Origin: Flaccisagitta enflata
Taxonomy: Eukaryota
Direction of reading: 5' to 3'
Assembly: GCA_965153355.1 (NCBI GenBank)
Contig: OZ231126.1
Coordinates: 28,458,001-28,522,000, forward strand
DNA: 64,000 nucleotides
The translations under genes and the position numbers were made by a program. The stretch's first letter is position 1; each line of letters starts with the position of its first letter. The notes below the pieces were generated by a model that did no database searches, had not been told where the DNA came from, and worked only from the letters and a program-made list of their open reading frames with translations. Positions 36,043 through 49,732 of the stretch are shown here, piece after piece.

Positions 36043-36932
36043 GTAAAAACATTCCTCATGGAAATCACTGCAAAATTACCAGAACAATCTCATCACCTTC
36101 AAATTCTTACCAAATCTATATGATGATAGATAATCATATGCAAATTTTATGGCTAAAAAGCTTATGAAAAGTTCTTCAATTAGCCCATGGATTTCGAATG
36201 ATTTTGTAAAGGTGAATGTCTTAAAATTTAAACTTAAGTTATGGAAAAATTGATACCTGGGCATTGCTGGCTAGTGGTCAGAAGGTAATAAAGTTTTATA
36301 CAAGCAACCCGGTTGGGGCAAAATATGGAGATTGATGTGGACCTTAACAGGAAATACTTACATTATACTAATATGAGGGATTCATTTTGTTTCTCACCAT
36401 TCACCAACAGTAATGAAGATTCTACATCGAAACATAAGGGTTGGAAGAGGCAGTGATGAAGAAGACATTTTGGCCAGGGCAATTGAGCCCAAAACAAGGC
36501 CGGATACACGGCAATCCAGTCGCGGACGGTTGGGCAGGAGCGGTTAGAAAACCGCTCGGAATTCAACAAAATTCGAAATACGAAAAGGGAGAGCCACAAC
36601 TCAATTACAAGAGGCTTATTTGTAGCCAGTTGTTTACTTCATCATGGCTGACTTCCCGAGTTGGTTGTCCTGACGAGGATTATCATAAAATCAAGTGACA
36701 GCGCAAACGCAGGGAGAATGTAATTATCGATAAACGAGAGGTGAGTCAAATCAAAATGAGAGGCAAATAAGCTCGTAAGTGACAGGTTTCAATTACTTCC
36801 CCTGTACTGTCCTGCCGCAACTCATACTCAGCCTATCGTCTCGCAACTCATAATCGGGTTAAAACTGTTACACTGCCATTTTCCATCACTGGGAAAAAAA
36901 TGTCAGTTTTAATTTATCGACTGCCCTCGTCC

Positions 36933-36979
<47 letters not shown>

Positions 36980-37245
36980 TGCAACTGCTTGAGGGTTAGA
37001 GACTGGATGCCACATAGGGGACATGATGGTGAAAAGCGATGGTAGCTTGCAAAAAGGTCTAGTTACGACTCTGGACACAAGCATTGGTTGAGTAGGATGA
37101 CCAAACAGGATGATGGCCTTTTCCATTACTGGTCTTTGATGATGTCACAGACAATTTGTCATATTGCTGTCACTCGCGAATGACCGGCGAGAAAGTAAGT
37201 CCTTTCATTTCATGCACATACAGACACGTCACGTCACTGAAAAAA

Positions 37246-37726
37246 CAGGTCGCCCAAGAGCAATATGTGGTCAGCGATCCCCGTTGCCCTGCTCTGCATG
37301 ATTGTGAAAGGGAGTGAGAGGAAGCAGGGCAGCAGCTCTGAAATGGATGAAGTCCTGTAGAACAGAGGGGGACTTTTGTTCGCCCGTCCGTCCGCCCCCC
37401 CAGGCCCTCACAGCCCTGAAATTTGCCCTCTCAGGCCTGAAATCTGCCCACTCAAAGGAATCTGAGAGGACAGATTTCAGGCCTGAGAGGGCAGAATATA
37501 GACCTGAGAAGGCAGATTCAAGGCGAAAGAGGGCAGATTTCAGGCCTGAGAGGGCAGATTTCAGGCCTGAGAGGGCAGATTTCAGGCCTGAGAGGGCAGA
37601 TTTCAGGCCTGTAAAGGCCTGCAGGGGATGGACGGAAAGACAAACGGACAAATGGACAAACGGACAAACAAAAGTCCCCCTGTATTCTACAAGACTTCGT
37701 CCCCTTCGGCGCCGCTGCCCAAAAAA
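37246..37726 (-). mobile_element. HINE family B complete copy with 21-bp array (TCAGGCCTGAGAGGGCAGATT)n
   Basis: AACAGGTCGCCCAAGAGCAA 3' end, inverted GAAGTCYTGTAGAA..CAGGGGGACTTT pair and a GCCGCTGCCCAAAAAA 5' end. Confidence 0.8.
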
Positions 37727-37869
37727 GAAAGACCGAAACTTCTTTTTCATTCGATGGAAACTGCCACTTGACTTTGTGTCCTCTCTTCTTTCTTTGACCC
37801 AGGGCCACAGTCTTGCCGATTATTTGTCACAACGACCATGAAGATGACCGTGCTGACCTTTTTGAAAAA

Positions 37870-37945
<76 letters not shown>

Positions 37946-37994
37946 GAGAGAGCAGACCGGCGTGGCGGACTCACAAAGAGTAGTGCAACCAGTA

Positions 37995-38383
37995 CACATG
38001 GACGCAAAATACAAGGTGTGGAGGCGCCAAAAGTTTTAGCATACCCCCCACAGACAATTCAGCTTGTTCAAATCTTTTATTTAAAGTTGTTTTGAGTACC
38101 TATGGGGAATATAAATGGCGTCATCAGAATGATTTTTGAATTTTTAACTAGAACCCCCATAATTCGCCCTTTTCTACCTTTTTTTTCAGATTTTGGCGGG
38201 TAGCTATTTTAGAGACAAAAAGGGTAAATTTGAAGGTTCACGACAGAACTTCAAAAATTGCTCTGATGACGCCATTTATATACCCCTTAGGTACTTAAAA
38301 CAACTTAGAGCTCAATAGTTTTGGCTAAAGGGGGGTATGCTAAAACTTTTGCGCCTCCACACCTTGTATTTTGCGTCCGTGTG
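37995..38383. mobile_element. Tc1/mariner-type MITE, TA TSD
   Basis: TA|CACATGGACGCAAAATACAAGGTGTGGAGGCGC ... GCGCCTCCACACCTTGTATTTTGCGTCCGTGTG|TA. Confidence 0.9.
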
Positions 38384-38637
38384 TAGTGTTTCTTCACGCT
38401 TACGCCTTTTTTTCGTAGCACCACCCAATGGGGCATCAGCAATGACTACTTGCAGGAGAATTGCCAAGCAGAAAAAAAGCTTTAATTGCTCTATATGAAT
38501 TAAACAACTACATTTTCCTTTTACACAGAGCTTTTCTGAAGGCACTTCAGCTTCCTGAGTCAGGAATCCTGACCACGAATTATTACCGCTAGAAAAATCG
38601 ATTTGCTTATATTTCTTGACTTCATTAACTGGTCATA

Positions 38638-39104
38638 CTATCTTAGAAATAAAAAGGTTTCCGCACGATTACAAGTATATGTCAGACTAGAATTAACGAA
38701 TCATCAAAAAATTGGTGAGATTATTGAAGCCCTGCAAATTTGCAAGCAATCTAAGCAAACTGCATCTCTCTAACTCAATGCATTCAAAAGTTATTCAACC
38801 TTCAATGGAATGTTTCAATTTTGTTTTTGCTACACCTAAATAAATTTGTTGAATCTCTATGGACCCTTTAAATCTAAACGCAGCAAAAGAAAAGATCAAG
38901 AAAATCCCTAGAATGGTCTGGAATGCTGTCACTTCAGAGTACTTTGGGAAGCCCTTTAAACTACCTCTCTGATGAATAGTGGCGGTGATTCAGTCAAAGG
39001 AGGCTAACATAAGATATTCATGGATTTGCAATTGATTTGTGTTCATTTTTATGTCAATAAATAAATTAATGTTACTGGTGGAAACCTTTTTATTTCTAAG
39101 ATAG
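38638..39104 (+). mobile_element. Internally deleted Tc1-family element with transposase C-terminal remnant
   Basis: TA|CTATCTTAGAAATAAAAAGGTTTCC TIRs. Interior reads IKKIPRMVWNAVTSEYF...IVAVIQSKEANIRY, resembling the Tc1 C-terminal R..AVI.AKGG.TKY motif. Confidence 0.75.
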
Positions 39105-40164
39105 TATTGGTAAGTTGTGTCATGTGACTCAAGTCAATAAATTACGATTGTTGACAATACAGCATCACAACAAACAGTCACCGCAGCCAGAATCACGAAT
39201 TACCGTACAACGGACAGACAAATGGTGAAATGAAATGACAGATGGATGCAAAACTGGGATATCTGCTCTATGAAACGGAAGATAACAATGAAGAAGCTTT
39301 AATCTGTTGGCTAAATTGAATCTACCATGCCCGATGCTTGACATATCAGTCAAATCAAACATTACATTTTCAAGATCAAGCTTGACAGCAGATGACAGAT
39401 GAATGAATCATAACTTAACTGTATCGTCTTTCCATTCCCGCAGATTTGTCTCTTTTAACAGTTAAGACATCATCGATGCATAACCTACATCAAGACTCGG
39501 ACCAGTATTCCTCGGTAATTACTATTTCGTTTGCCCTAGAAAAGCATCTTTCTACATACCCCGCACTCTCCGGGGCTGCTGCCCAATTATGTAAATTAAG
39601 GAATGACAAAAACAAGTTCCGTCATTCGAATGTTTGTGGCAAAGGGAACCAAAAGAGTCTAATACTTCTTTATGACTACTGTTCTACTGCCTGCGCTGCC
39701 ACCTTTTCATATCCATTTCTGTTCTCACAACTCGAAACTTCCATCATCTTATTTTTTTTCAGGGGCTTTATCTCTCTCTGGATCCAAATCTAGACAAGGC
39801 CGAGACGCCTCCACCTTCTTTCAAAGCAACTAGAATAGACATTCCTTGACATCAACAACAACATAAACAACAAACCAAGCACACGCCGAGCATCGTTGTC
39901 CAGCAGCCACAAGGACCACTGCAGCAGCAACATCTTTCGCAGCTGCAGCAGCAACTGCATCGCCCATCGGACGCCATTAGAGTTCCAGGTGCTCAATATT
40001 GAATGATATTAATCAAAAGTCATACCATATACAATAAAAAGAAAAAAAGAAGGAAGAAAAAACGAGGAACAATAGAATAAAAGAATAAAACGAAAAGAAA
40101 ACCAAAAAAGAAAAGAAAATGATAAAAGAAAAAAGAAAAGGATAAAAAGAAAACGATGGAAAGA

Positions 40165-40440
40165 ACTAGGACGGATGCACGGCTACCCTAGTCGCGTGCG
40201 GGTGGGCAGGGGCAGTAAAAGAGAAGGTCACTGGGGCATTTGGGCATTAGCAGTGAGCTCAAAACGCTAAAAACGCCGAAAAAGTAAATAGTCGCAAAAG
40301 CGTTAGATGGTCTGCGGCAGCGGCGTATTTGAAGGGGCTTCCGCAGCTGCCGCGCCAGCTGTACCATGTCGGACAATATCGATGTCGGACAGACAGACAA
40401 AGGAAAGAAGAAGAAGAAGAAGAAAGTAGGAGGAGGAGGA

Positions 40441-40507
<67 letters not shown>

Positions 40508-41770
40508 AGACAGAGCGGTATTTAAAAATCAAAACTTGTGTTGTTCGGTAGTATAAAATAATGGGCTCCATAGGTTATGTGATTATTCATGCTATGCCAT
40601 AGTCTGCGCTTTTCGCTCTGATGGAATCCCTCTGTATCATTTTACCATTGTTATTTTTTTTATTTGGATTTCCGCTGAAAATATTTCTGCTAAAATGTCC
40701 AACGGAAAACGATTTCAGCTTACCCCCAAATGACACTTTAAAAGTAAAATGCAGTCATTGCTCCAAGTGTGATGAGAATTCTATGAACTTATTTAGACAA
40801 ATGTTGTATTAAGTAGTTACACAATACACACTGCTGTAACAATGTAAAGTATCGTCATGTTCAGTTATATTTATATAGTGATAGATATTTATGTATAGTT
40901 TTGAATACAATACATAGTTATATATACTAATAATTTTAGTAATATAGGTCGGACAGGAGCTTTGTCGGACATAGATTGGAGGCGGCAGCTGCTAAAATCT
41001 TGGCTCAGATACGCCGCTGGTCAGCGGTACCCGATGCCCCTATGTGAGTGTGTGTGAGCGTGAGGTGGTTAGAGGGGCAGCGGCCCCAAAGGGGCTGATA
41101 ACCTATGCTGTTTCTATTTACATATGGTCAGCAGGCCCCAAAGGACCCAATGACCTATGCTCAAGACAGGGATTTGAGTTGGAGGTTTGGATTTGAGTCT
41201 TGATGCAGTTTTTTGGGCCTTGAGGCCTTGAGGTTAAGATTAGAGCCTTGAGGCTGGGATTCAGACCTGGAGGCTGGGATTTGAACCCGGGGGTTGGGAT
41301 TTAGACCCAGAGGATGGGATTTGGACCTGGTGGCTAGGACATGGGCCTAAAGGCTGAAAATTGGGCTGTGAGGCTGAAAATTGGGACTCGAGGCTAGATT
41401 TATGGCCTAAAGGTTGGATTATGAGGCTAGCAGCTTGGCATCAAGGCTAGATTTTGAGTCTCCGGGTTAGGATTTGGGCCTTGAGGCTGAGTTTTGGGCC
41501 TTGAAGCTGGGTTTTGAGCCTTGAGGCTGGGTTTTGGGCCTTGAGGCTAGGATTTGGGCCCTGAGGCTGGATTTGAGCTTCGCGGCTGAGTTAAGGGTTA
41601 CGTATGAGGGACGGAGGAGAAGAAGGAGGCGGAGAAGGAGAAATTTCCCCATATGTGAAAGCATAGGTCATCGGCCCCTTCGTGGCCGCTGCCTAAAAGG
41701 GGCCCAACCAACTGACGAACCGATGCAAGGACAAAGCTAGGTGTAGAGTCGCTTAGCATGCGACTAAAAA
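40165..41770 (-). mobile_element. HINE-A copy containing a HINE-B copy (about 40287-41700)
   Basis: HINE-A 3' end at 40165-40285 and 5' end at 41705-41770 enclose HINE-B ends GTCGCAAAAGCG...GGTC and GGCCGCTGCCTAAAA. Confidence 0.7.
40318..41019. mobile_element. hAT-like MITE, 8-bp TSD
   Basis: TIR CAGCGGCGTAT / ATACGCCGCTG. TSD GTCTGCGG (40310-40317) / GTCAGCGG (41020-41027). Confidence 0.8.
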
Positions 41771-42590
41771 ACAAACCAGTGGCTGTCGCCAAAACATGTG
41801 AATTGCTAGTTCTATGTAACAAATTGTAAAAAAATAATAGTGATAACTAGTCATCCAAGGATCGCACATGGTCAGCGGTACCCGATGCCCTGCATGGATT
41901 GATTAGCTGCAGAAGTGGAGTGAGAGCAGGGCAGCGGCCCCAAAGGGCCGATGTCCTGTAGGACACAGGGGTGAATTTCCAGACGTCCTGAGAAGGCACA
42001 TTTGAGGCGTTTGGGGCTACTTTCCTTGTTAATCAATGAGAACATTGAATTTTTTTCCATTTCATTGTCAATTTTCCATGTTATTCAATCTGAATTTTGC
42101 ATTTATTTCAAAATTTGGTCAATTTTCCATGTTATTCAATAGGGATTTCCCATATCTTTAACTTCTAGTAAATTTTCTATGTTATTTAATGGAAATTGCA
42201 TATTTTTTTTCATTTCTTTATCAATTTTTTATGTTATTGAATGGGAATTTTGCATTTCTTCAATTTTCCATATTGTTCAATGGGAACATGAGGCTCAGAA
42301 GCTTTGGCAGGGGGGGGGACGGACGGACGTACGGACGCACAGTAGGTCCAAAAAATAAAAAGCGCACTAAAATCTTAATTTTCTCACAGGGACCTATTTC
42401 AGACACGGGAAATCCAATGGTGGCGTTTAAATTTTTCTGTCACTTAAGGAAATTGCCTTAAGGGCATCTTGAAAATAGGTAAAAAAATTTTTTTTGAATA
42501 AAATATATTTGTTAAGCCGAAGGGTTGCAATAAGTGATAGCAGGTGTCATTTGACTTCAGGTAAGGGTTTCAAGGACTAAAAAGCGTGTT

Positions 42591-43265
42591 AAAGCCCTTT
42601 TTTTAGCAGTTTTTAGGGTAAAATGCCCATATTTTCAACGACAACGCCCTATTGTTAGGCCAGAATTGAGTGTAACTACTCAGAATGCACCCCCCTGTAA
42701 ATTTTCAGATTGGCCCTACTCTTTTTCAAGCCTTAATGGTGTTTTAAAGCCATTTTTATGCAGTTTTTAGGGTCAAATGCCCATTTTTTTTATGGCAACA
42801 CCCTATTGCAAGGCCAGAATCTTATGTATCTATTCAGAATGCACCTCCTTGTAAATTTTCAGGTTGGCTCTACTCTTTTTCAAGCCTTAATCGTGTTTTA
42901 AAGCCATTTTTTAGCAGTTTTTAGAGTCAAATGACCATTTTTTCAATGGCAAGGGCCTATTGTGAGGCCAGAATTGTATGTATCTAGTCAGAATGCACCT
43001 CCCTGTGAATTTTCAGATTGGCCTGACTCTTTTTCAAGCCTTAATGGGGCTTTAAAGCCTTTTTTTTTAGCAGTTTTTAGGGTCAAATGCTCATTTCTTC
43101 AACGGTAACACCCTACAGTGTGGCCCGAAATTAGCGTATCAATCAAAAATGTACTTCCCTTTGAATTTTCAGATTGACCGTTCTCCTTTTCAAGCCTCAA
43201 TGGGGTTTTAAAGCCTTTTTTTAGCAGTTTTTAGGGTCAAATGCTCATTTTCGACGGCAACACCC
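42591..43265. repeat. Tandem repeat of about 155 bp (4+ units) in the left arm of the Transib-like element
   Basis: AAAGCC...GCAGTTTTTAG anchors at 42591, 42746, 42901, 43054 and 43210. Confidence 0.85.
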
Positions 43266-43614
43266 AAAATTCATCATGATATAAATTTTCAGATTGTTCT
43301 AATAATCTCGCTTTAATTAAGGAAGCTGTATAGCATATGATGCTCGGTTTTACCTATTGAGAAAATAGTTGGTTACATGCGCATGAACTCACACACACGC
43401 AAAACTACGTGTACACACACATACACAAACGCATAGACATAGAAATTAGTAAAGAGAACAAACAAACGAACACACGCACGCAGTCAGGCAGATATACAGA
43501 CACGGAATATTTAGCTTAGTGACTCTATAAGAGGCTGTGTACGTAGGTAGGATTTCTATGCATTCGGTTTTTGTTTATTACGACAAAGTAAAAATATGAA
43601 AATCCTTTAGTGAA

Positions 43615-43739
43615 TTGTCGTTGTTGTTATTGTTGTTGATGCTTTCATTATTGTAGCTGTTGTTGTAGTTCTCATTGCCCTTGTTGCTTTTGTTGTTGCT
43701 GCCTTTTTTTTGTTGTTGTAGTCATTGTAGTCGTTGTGG

Positions 43740-43791
<52 letters not shown>

Positions 43792-43853
43792 AGTTGTTGT
43801 AGTTGTTGTAGTTGTTGTAGTTGTTGTTGTAGTTGTTGTTGTAGTTGTTGTAG

Positions 43854-43903
<50 letters not shown>

Positions 43904-43965
43904 GGTGGTGGTGGTGTTGTTGGTGGTGGTGTTGTTGGTGGTGTTGATGATGATGTGATTGTTGT
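43615..43965. repeat. (GTT/GTA/GGT)n trinucleotide array
   Basis: Direct inspection. Confidence 0.9.
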
Positions 43966-44387
43966 TGTGTTTTCTTCCCTGCATCAACAGCGATCAAAAT
44001 CTCTTTGGCAAGCACAGTTGAAACGTTGCATGATGAACACTGCCATAGTTCCACTACATGTAGTGCACAAATCAGCACTAAAACGATTTTCTGAATGGCG
44101 TAACTATGGTAACGTGACAACAAACATAAGCATCGAATGACTTGAGTCAAGAAAAGAAGTATAGGTCTCCATTCATTATCCCGCCAAAAGTCAGATAGGA
44201 TTTTTTTATTTTTTATTTTTTTCAAAATGCGTGTAATCGCGAGTGGAAATGATTGTACTAGGCAACCCCCACTGATGTCCTGAGTTGTATAATCAATCGA
44301 CATTTTTTATCAAATTTTATCATTTCCGTTGAGAGCGCTAAAAACATTAAAAAGCGAAATCTGGTACTTTTTTGTGGGACTGGGTAG

Positions 44388-45558
44388 TAGGATGGGCTCA
44401 ATATGGGCATCAGAAAATCAAATTATTTCCAAGCACTTTTCATATTCCAATTGCAAAATTAGAGCCCAATCTACTCGCAAAATCGATTTGAACTTGATCT
44501 AGGCACTCCGTCATTGAAAAATGCAATTTTGAAGAGAAAGAAAAAAATATCTTAATTTGATGAAATATTCTAATCTTCATAAAATCATAACTCCTCGTCT
44601 ACTTGGCCGAAAACTTTGGGATTGGGCTCATTCAACAACTATTTTTCAGTTCTAGCTATGCAAAAAATTTCAGCTCAATAAGTCAAGCTGTTTATGAGAA
44701 GATTGAAATTCTGTTTCAAAAAAGGACATATGATTTTTCATTTTTTTTCTGACTCGGTCTTTAAGTTTAACAACTCTTTCAATGCGCGTGTACACGGGAT
44801 ATGACTCTTCTGGCCAAGATAGATCTGATATATGATGCATCAGGGTCCAAAAGCCGCGTGGCGAGCCGTAGTGACCAGTAAAGGACCGCATCATATTAGC
44901 AAGCAAGTCAAAATTGTCACTTTGTAAACTAATTGAAATTCGCTTCTCTTCCAAGTGGAAATTTTTTTTTGGGATTTGTCTCATTTGAGAGTATTTTTCA
45001 TTTGGCCTATTTGTACAATATTTCAGCTCATTTGGTATGTAATTCACGTGCTTCAGACCAACCAACTGGAAAACAGATGCTCAAAAAGATACGTATTCAA
45101 CTGAGAATAGTCTCGAACTTCAAATTTTTTTTTTTTTTTTTCGTTTAGTGGTATTACATAAACATGAATCATTTCAATTCATCTAAATCTGAAACTTTTA
45201 GAACAAGGCCCGATACACGGCCAATAAGCAGTCGCTGGCGGGTAGGCTGGGGCAGTATATAGATGGGCAGTGGCAGCGGTACGGGTTGACAGGGGCTGTG
45301 TTTTGGTTGGGTAGGGGCTAATTATGCTCTGAAATCACTAATTCGGCCAATTTTGCGTCATCCAAAATTTTTCGTTACGGACAGACCATCAGACCTTCAG
45401 ACCCTCTTGACGAGTTGCTTATCCAGCAACTAAAAACAGCCTTTTCATTTTCGTGATGCTTATCTTCACTATCCATTCTTCTAATACCGTTACTACTGTT
45501 ACTACTGCTGCCGCTGCCGCCGCCGCTGCCGCCGCCGCCGCAGCCGCCGCCGCTGCCG

Positions 45559-45594
<36 letters not shown>

Positions 45595-45657
45595 TTGCCA
45601 TTGCTGATGTCGTTGTTGGTGTTGTTGTGGATGTCATTGATGTTGATGTTGTTGTCT

Positions 45658-45719
<62 letters not shown>

Positions 45720-46697
45720 ACAGATGCTGCTGTCTATGTTGCTGCACAGGTAATTGTTGATGTGTCGAAGAGGATCACTAATTGGATCCACTGGGTTTGT
45801 TTTCTTTGTTTTGGTCTTATTTGTCCTGAATCTGCCGCTGCACTGTGTTCTCCTCATAGTCGATATTCGCGCTACCGCTATTGCTCTTTCGTCCTTTTTT
45901 TCACTTACACTCACACAGTGTGAACACATTCAGAAATTTTAACTGTCCGAGGGAGTGAGCGAAGTGAGTAAGCGAATAGAGTGAACGAGCCCGTGAAGCA
46001 AAGCGCTGCAGAGCAAGTGAGCAGAATGAGTGGTGCAAGTGTACAAACATAGCGAGCGACCACGCGGCCCCTTTAAAATGCGATTGTCAAAAATTGTATT
46101 AAATCATTTTATCCTTCAAAACCGAATCTGGAATGGCCGGAAATTGCAGACTCTAGACAATCGACTTTCTTGAACTGCGAACTGGCGACGAAAGGATCTG
46201 TAACTTCTTCCCTAAAACCGATGCAAATAAACCTGGTCTTGTTGTGACGCCAACGTAAGCAACGACCATAGATGCAAAATGCAGACAACTCGGTGGTGGG
46301 TAGAGTTTGGAGTTTCAAACAAAATCATCTAGTGGCATATAACGGAAGTATAAGTGAGATTGTATGCATAGTAGGTTGCGTATAAGTGGAGTTTTTAGCC
46401 TAAAAAACGCTTTTTAACGTTTTTTAAGTAGTATTACAATTTCTACTATTTTCTAAAGACGAAATGAGTTTCCCAGTGCCTGTGATGCATCGTTGACTCT
46501 TTTGGAAAATACTTGAGCAAAGCATGGTGGTGTTTTTTCATTCAAATGAGGGACAGAAACAGAGAGACAGACAGACCCAGACCAAGATCGAGACTTGAGC
46601 AGAATAAAGGACAATTCATGAAAATACGATGGGCCATTTGATTTTTTCTTGCCACTCAGTCTCATCTATGGGTCCTTTGATATTCTTTCTTTGTTGT

Positions 46698-46771
<74 letters not shown>

Positions 46772-46876
46772 ATCGATTTGGTTGTCACTACGTACATCTA
46801 ACCAGAGGATCGATTTAACCAAAACATATGGTCCACAAAAATTGAAAATGGCATTACGGCAGGTGCAAAGAGAGAG

Positions 46877-46939
<63 letters not shown>

Positions 46940-47744
46940 CACGAACAGGTATAGACAAGAAGAACTTGATTCTGGACTCATTTCAGTGTTTCTTTTGGGA
47001 TTTAAAAAAAAAAAAATTCTTTTGGGATGATACAATCTTGATATAAGCATGAGGGAGAATCATCGATCATTTATTTTGCTTTATTTTCTGTTTTATCAAA
47101 ACAAATCAAATGATGAAATATATATAACAATGAAATATAAAAAATGAAATAATTGCAAATAATTTTATTGACAAAATATGAGTAAAACATAATAAATATG
47201 AATAAAAAAAATTAAAATAGTGATAACAGAATTATTAAAAGTATAGTAACTTGAAAAGAAAAATATAATAAAGAGTCATGAATAAAATATAAAAATGAAA
47301 AAATGAGAAATGATAAATAAAAAAAAATGAAAAGTGAAAAATGAAAATTAAAAAAAAAAAGTGAAAAAAAGCAAAGTAAAAAGTGAAAAGTGAAATGAAG
47401 AAATAAAAAATAAAAACAATTTTTTGATACTAGTAAAAAAGTTCTGAAAATTTTTATTAAATTTTAAAAATGATCACAGAAAATCCACCATGAATTCTCT
47501 AAATCTTACTACTCCTTCATTGCCAAGTGAAAAACCTGAAAAACCTGAAAAACTCATACCGGAAACTCATTTTGGCGCCAAATACGTTTTTGCGTCTTAA
47601 CTGCCACTTCCGGTAGAGGTGGCGTATAAAAAAGCGTATAGGTAAACTCTAGTGGTGGGCCTTTTTTCAATGTAGGCAAACACGCCATTGTAAAGCCCGG
47701 TATTGGTGGGGCTGCTATCACCCCCAACGTGGTAGCAGAAATGA

Positions 47745-47838
<94 letters not shown>

Positions 47839-48625
47839 TCAATTAATCATGTAATCTACAAAGCAAAGCATTCGGGATCGAGGTAACTGTGATCAAGATA
47901 CTTTTCATCCTATTTATCCTTTGACTGAAAATATCTTGATTTGGCGCATTTTTTATAGTTGTACGTCCAACAAATCTGGGTCTGGATATGTGACCGATCG
48001 GGATACATATCACAAGACAAGTGCAGTGAAACAGAAAGCCATGTGTACAGGGGCACTGATGCAAAAATCAACTGAAAACGCAGAATAAACTCTCCCAATT
48101 GATATGTCAGCCAGTTGATTGATAAACAGACAAACTGACCACCCATTGGTGAGACAAACCAACCATCCGTTGGTTATAGTGTCTAACCCAGGCACTGTTT
48201 ATGCTAATCGAAAGAGTTCTTGTGATATATGCTGTAATCATATGATATGTGCAACAATATGTAGCACTATAAAATTTTGTATTTTTTGCTATCATCATTT
48301 TTAAAATCCATTTTCGCAAAAATCGCTTGGCCTATTGAGCTGGAAATTCTTACTAATAAAACTCTAAAAAGATGCTGTCAAATGAGACCAATCCCAACGT
48401 TTTTGACCAATTAGAAGAGGAATTATGATTTTCTAAAGATATTAATATTTCACTCAAAAGGACATTGTTTTCTTTTCTCCTCAAAATCACATCTTTCAAT
48501 GACGGAGTGCCAAGATCAAGTCCAAATTAATTTTGCAAGTAGACTAAGCTCTAATTATACAATTGGAACATGAAAAGTGCTTGGAAATAATGTTTCATTT
48601 GAATGCCCATATTGAGCCCTCTCTA
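44388..48625. mobile_element. 4.2-kb non-autonomous hAT-like element, 8-bp TSD CTGGGTAG
   Basis: TSD at 44380-44387 and 48626-48633. Ends TAGGATGGGCTCAATATGGGCAT / ATGCCCATATTGAGCCCTCTCTA, with imperfect inverted arms of about 300 bp. Confidence 0.8.
46305..46502 (+). repeat. Dispersed repeat of about 200 bp, also at 63799-63996
   Basis: GTTTGGAGTTTCAAACAAAATCATCTAGTGGC...GATGCATCGTTGACTCTT is nearly identical at both sites. Confidence 0.85.
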
Positions 48626-48762
48626 CTGGGTAGCTACTCAAGCTTGGGGCCTTCTCAGATGATAAACCAAGTCATTACCTTTCGTTTGGTACCATGCATG
48701 AAACTTTTCTTGGAACTGTGTTGCAACTGTCATGAAAACAAAATCCTTCATTGGGTGAATAA

Positions 48763-49732
48763 CCTTGGCATCATAAAAAATGGCGGATTTTTAAAACCTA
48801 TTTTAACCAACTTAATTTGAAAGAAACTAAGGAAAATCGGTGATGGTTGGAAAGATCTTCAAAAGATCTTTCATTTGGGTTGTGTCCCGACATTGTCGCT
48901 CAAACGGTTTAGAAGCTACAGTAATTTGAAAATCACTATACTTTTTCCACCCTTACGGTGTATCATAAAAAGCAGTTTGCTAATAATTTCATTGCTACTA
49001 AAATGATAGAAGACTTTGTCCGATTGCCTTGAAATTTTAGAGGATGTCTAACTTGTGTGTCTTTTGGTACCGGTTCAAATTTTGTGAAGATCGGAAATTG
49101 TTTTTTATGGTTTTTGCATGATCCTTTATTATGTCTGTCAAAATTCCTGAAAAATGATGCAATTTTTTTAAAAAACTTACATTTATTTCTGAATGGTTTG
49201 AGCTGATACTCAGATTACTTCTTTGAAAGAGGGCCGAAAATATAGATCATTGAAAGGGCTCAAAGAGAGTCTTAGATTTTTCTTTTTTCAACCATATCTT
49301 CAAAAACAAAACACTTTATGAATCCTTTTCACTAATTCCTTCAAACCACAGTTTTGCAAACCAACATTAGATTCTTTTGCATGGTGAAAATGATAGTAAA
49401 AGTTGTCCGATTTAGATGAAATTTTAGGGGCTGTTAGAGGAAAGTATGTTGTACCTCCATGTCAATTTTTGTCTCAATCGTATAAAATTTAGTATGGTTT
49501 TTAAGAGATTATTTTCATGTTATGATCGCTTACACACCGTAAGGGCAAAAAAAGTGTAGTGTTTTTCAAATTACTGTAGCTTCTAAACCATTTGAGCTAC
49601 AATGTCGCGACACGACTCAAATGAAAGATCTTTCGAAGATCTTTCTAACCATCACCGATTTTCCTTAGTTTCTTTCAAAGTAAGTTGGTCAAAAAAGGTT
49701 TTAAAAATCCGCCATTTTTTATGATGCCAAGT
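48763..49732. mobile_element. Long-TIR MITE, piggyBac-like
   Basis: CCTTGGCATCATAAAAAATGGCGGATTTT / AAAATCCGCCATTTTTTATGATGCCAAG with inverted arms of about 200 bp. Flanks are ATAA / TTAA (degenerate TTAA TSD). Confidence 0.7.

Noticed and set aside
37314-37841. 175-aa ORF with ADFRPER repeats
   Set aside because: Translation of the 21-bp internal array of a HINE-B element.
43607-44303. Poly-Q/poly-N ORFs resembling a transcription-factor low-complexity region
   Set aside because: A trinucleotide microsatellite open in several frames on both strands, with no flanking domain.
47990-48060. YTWL / AFCF words on the minus strand resembling a hAT TTF-type zinc finger
   Set aside because: The motifs overlap in different frames and lack the following Cys/His pattern. 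Too weak without a BLASTX hit.
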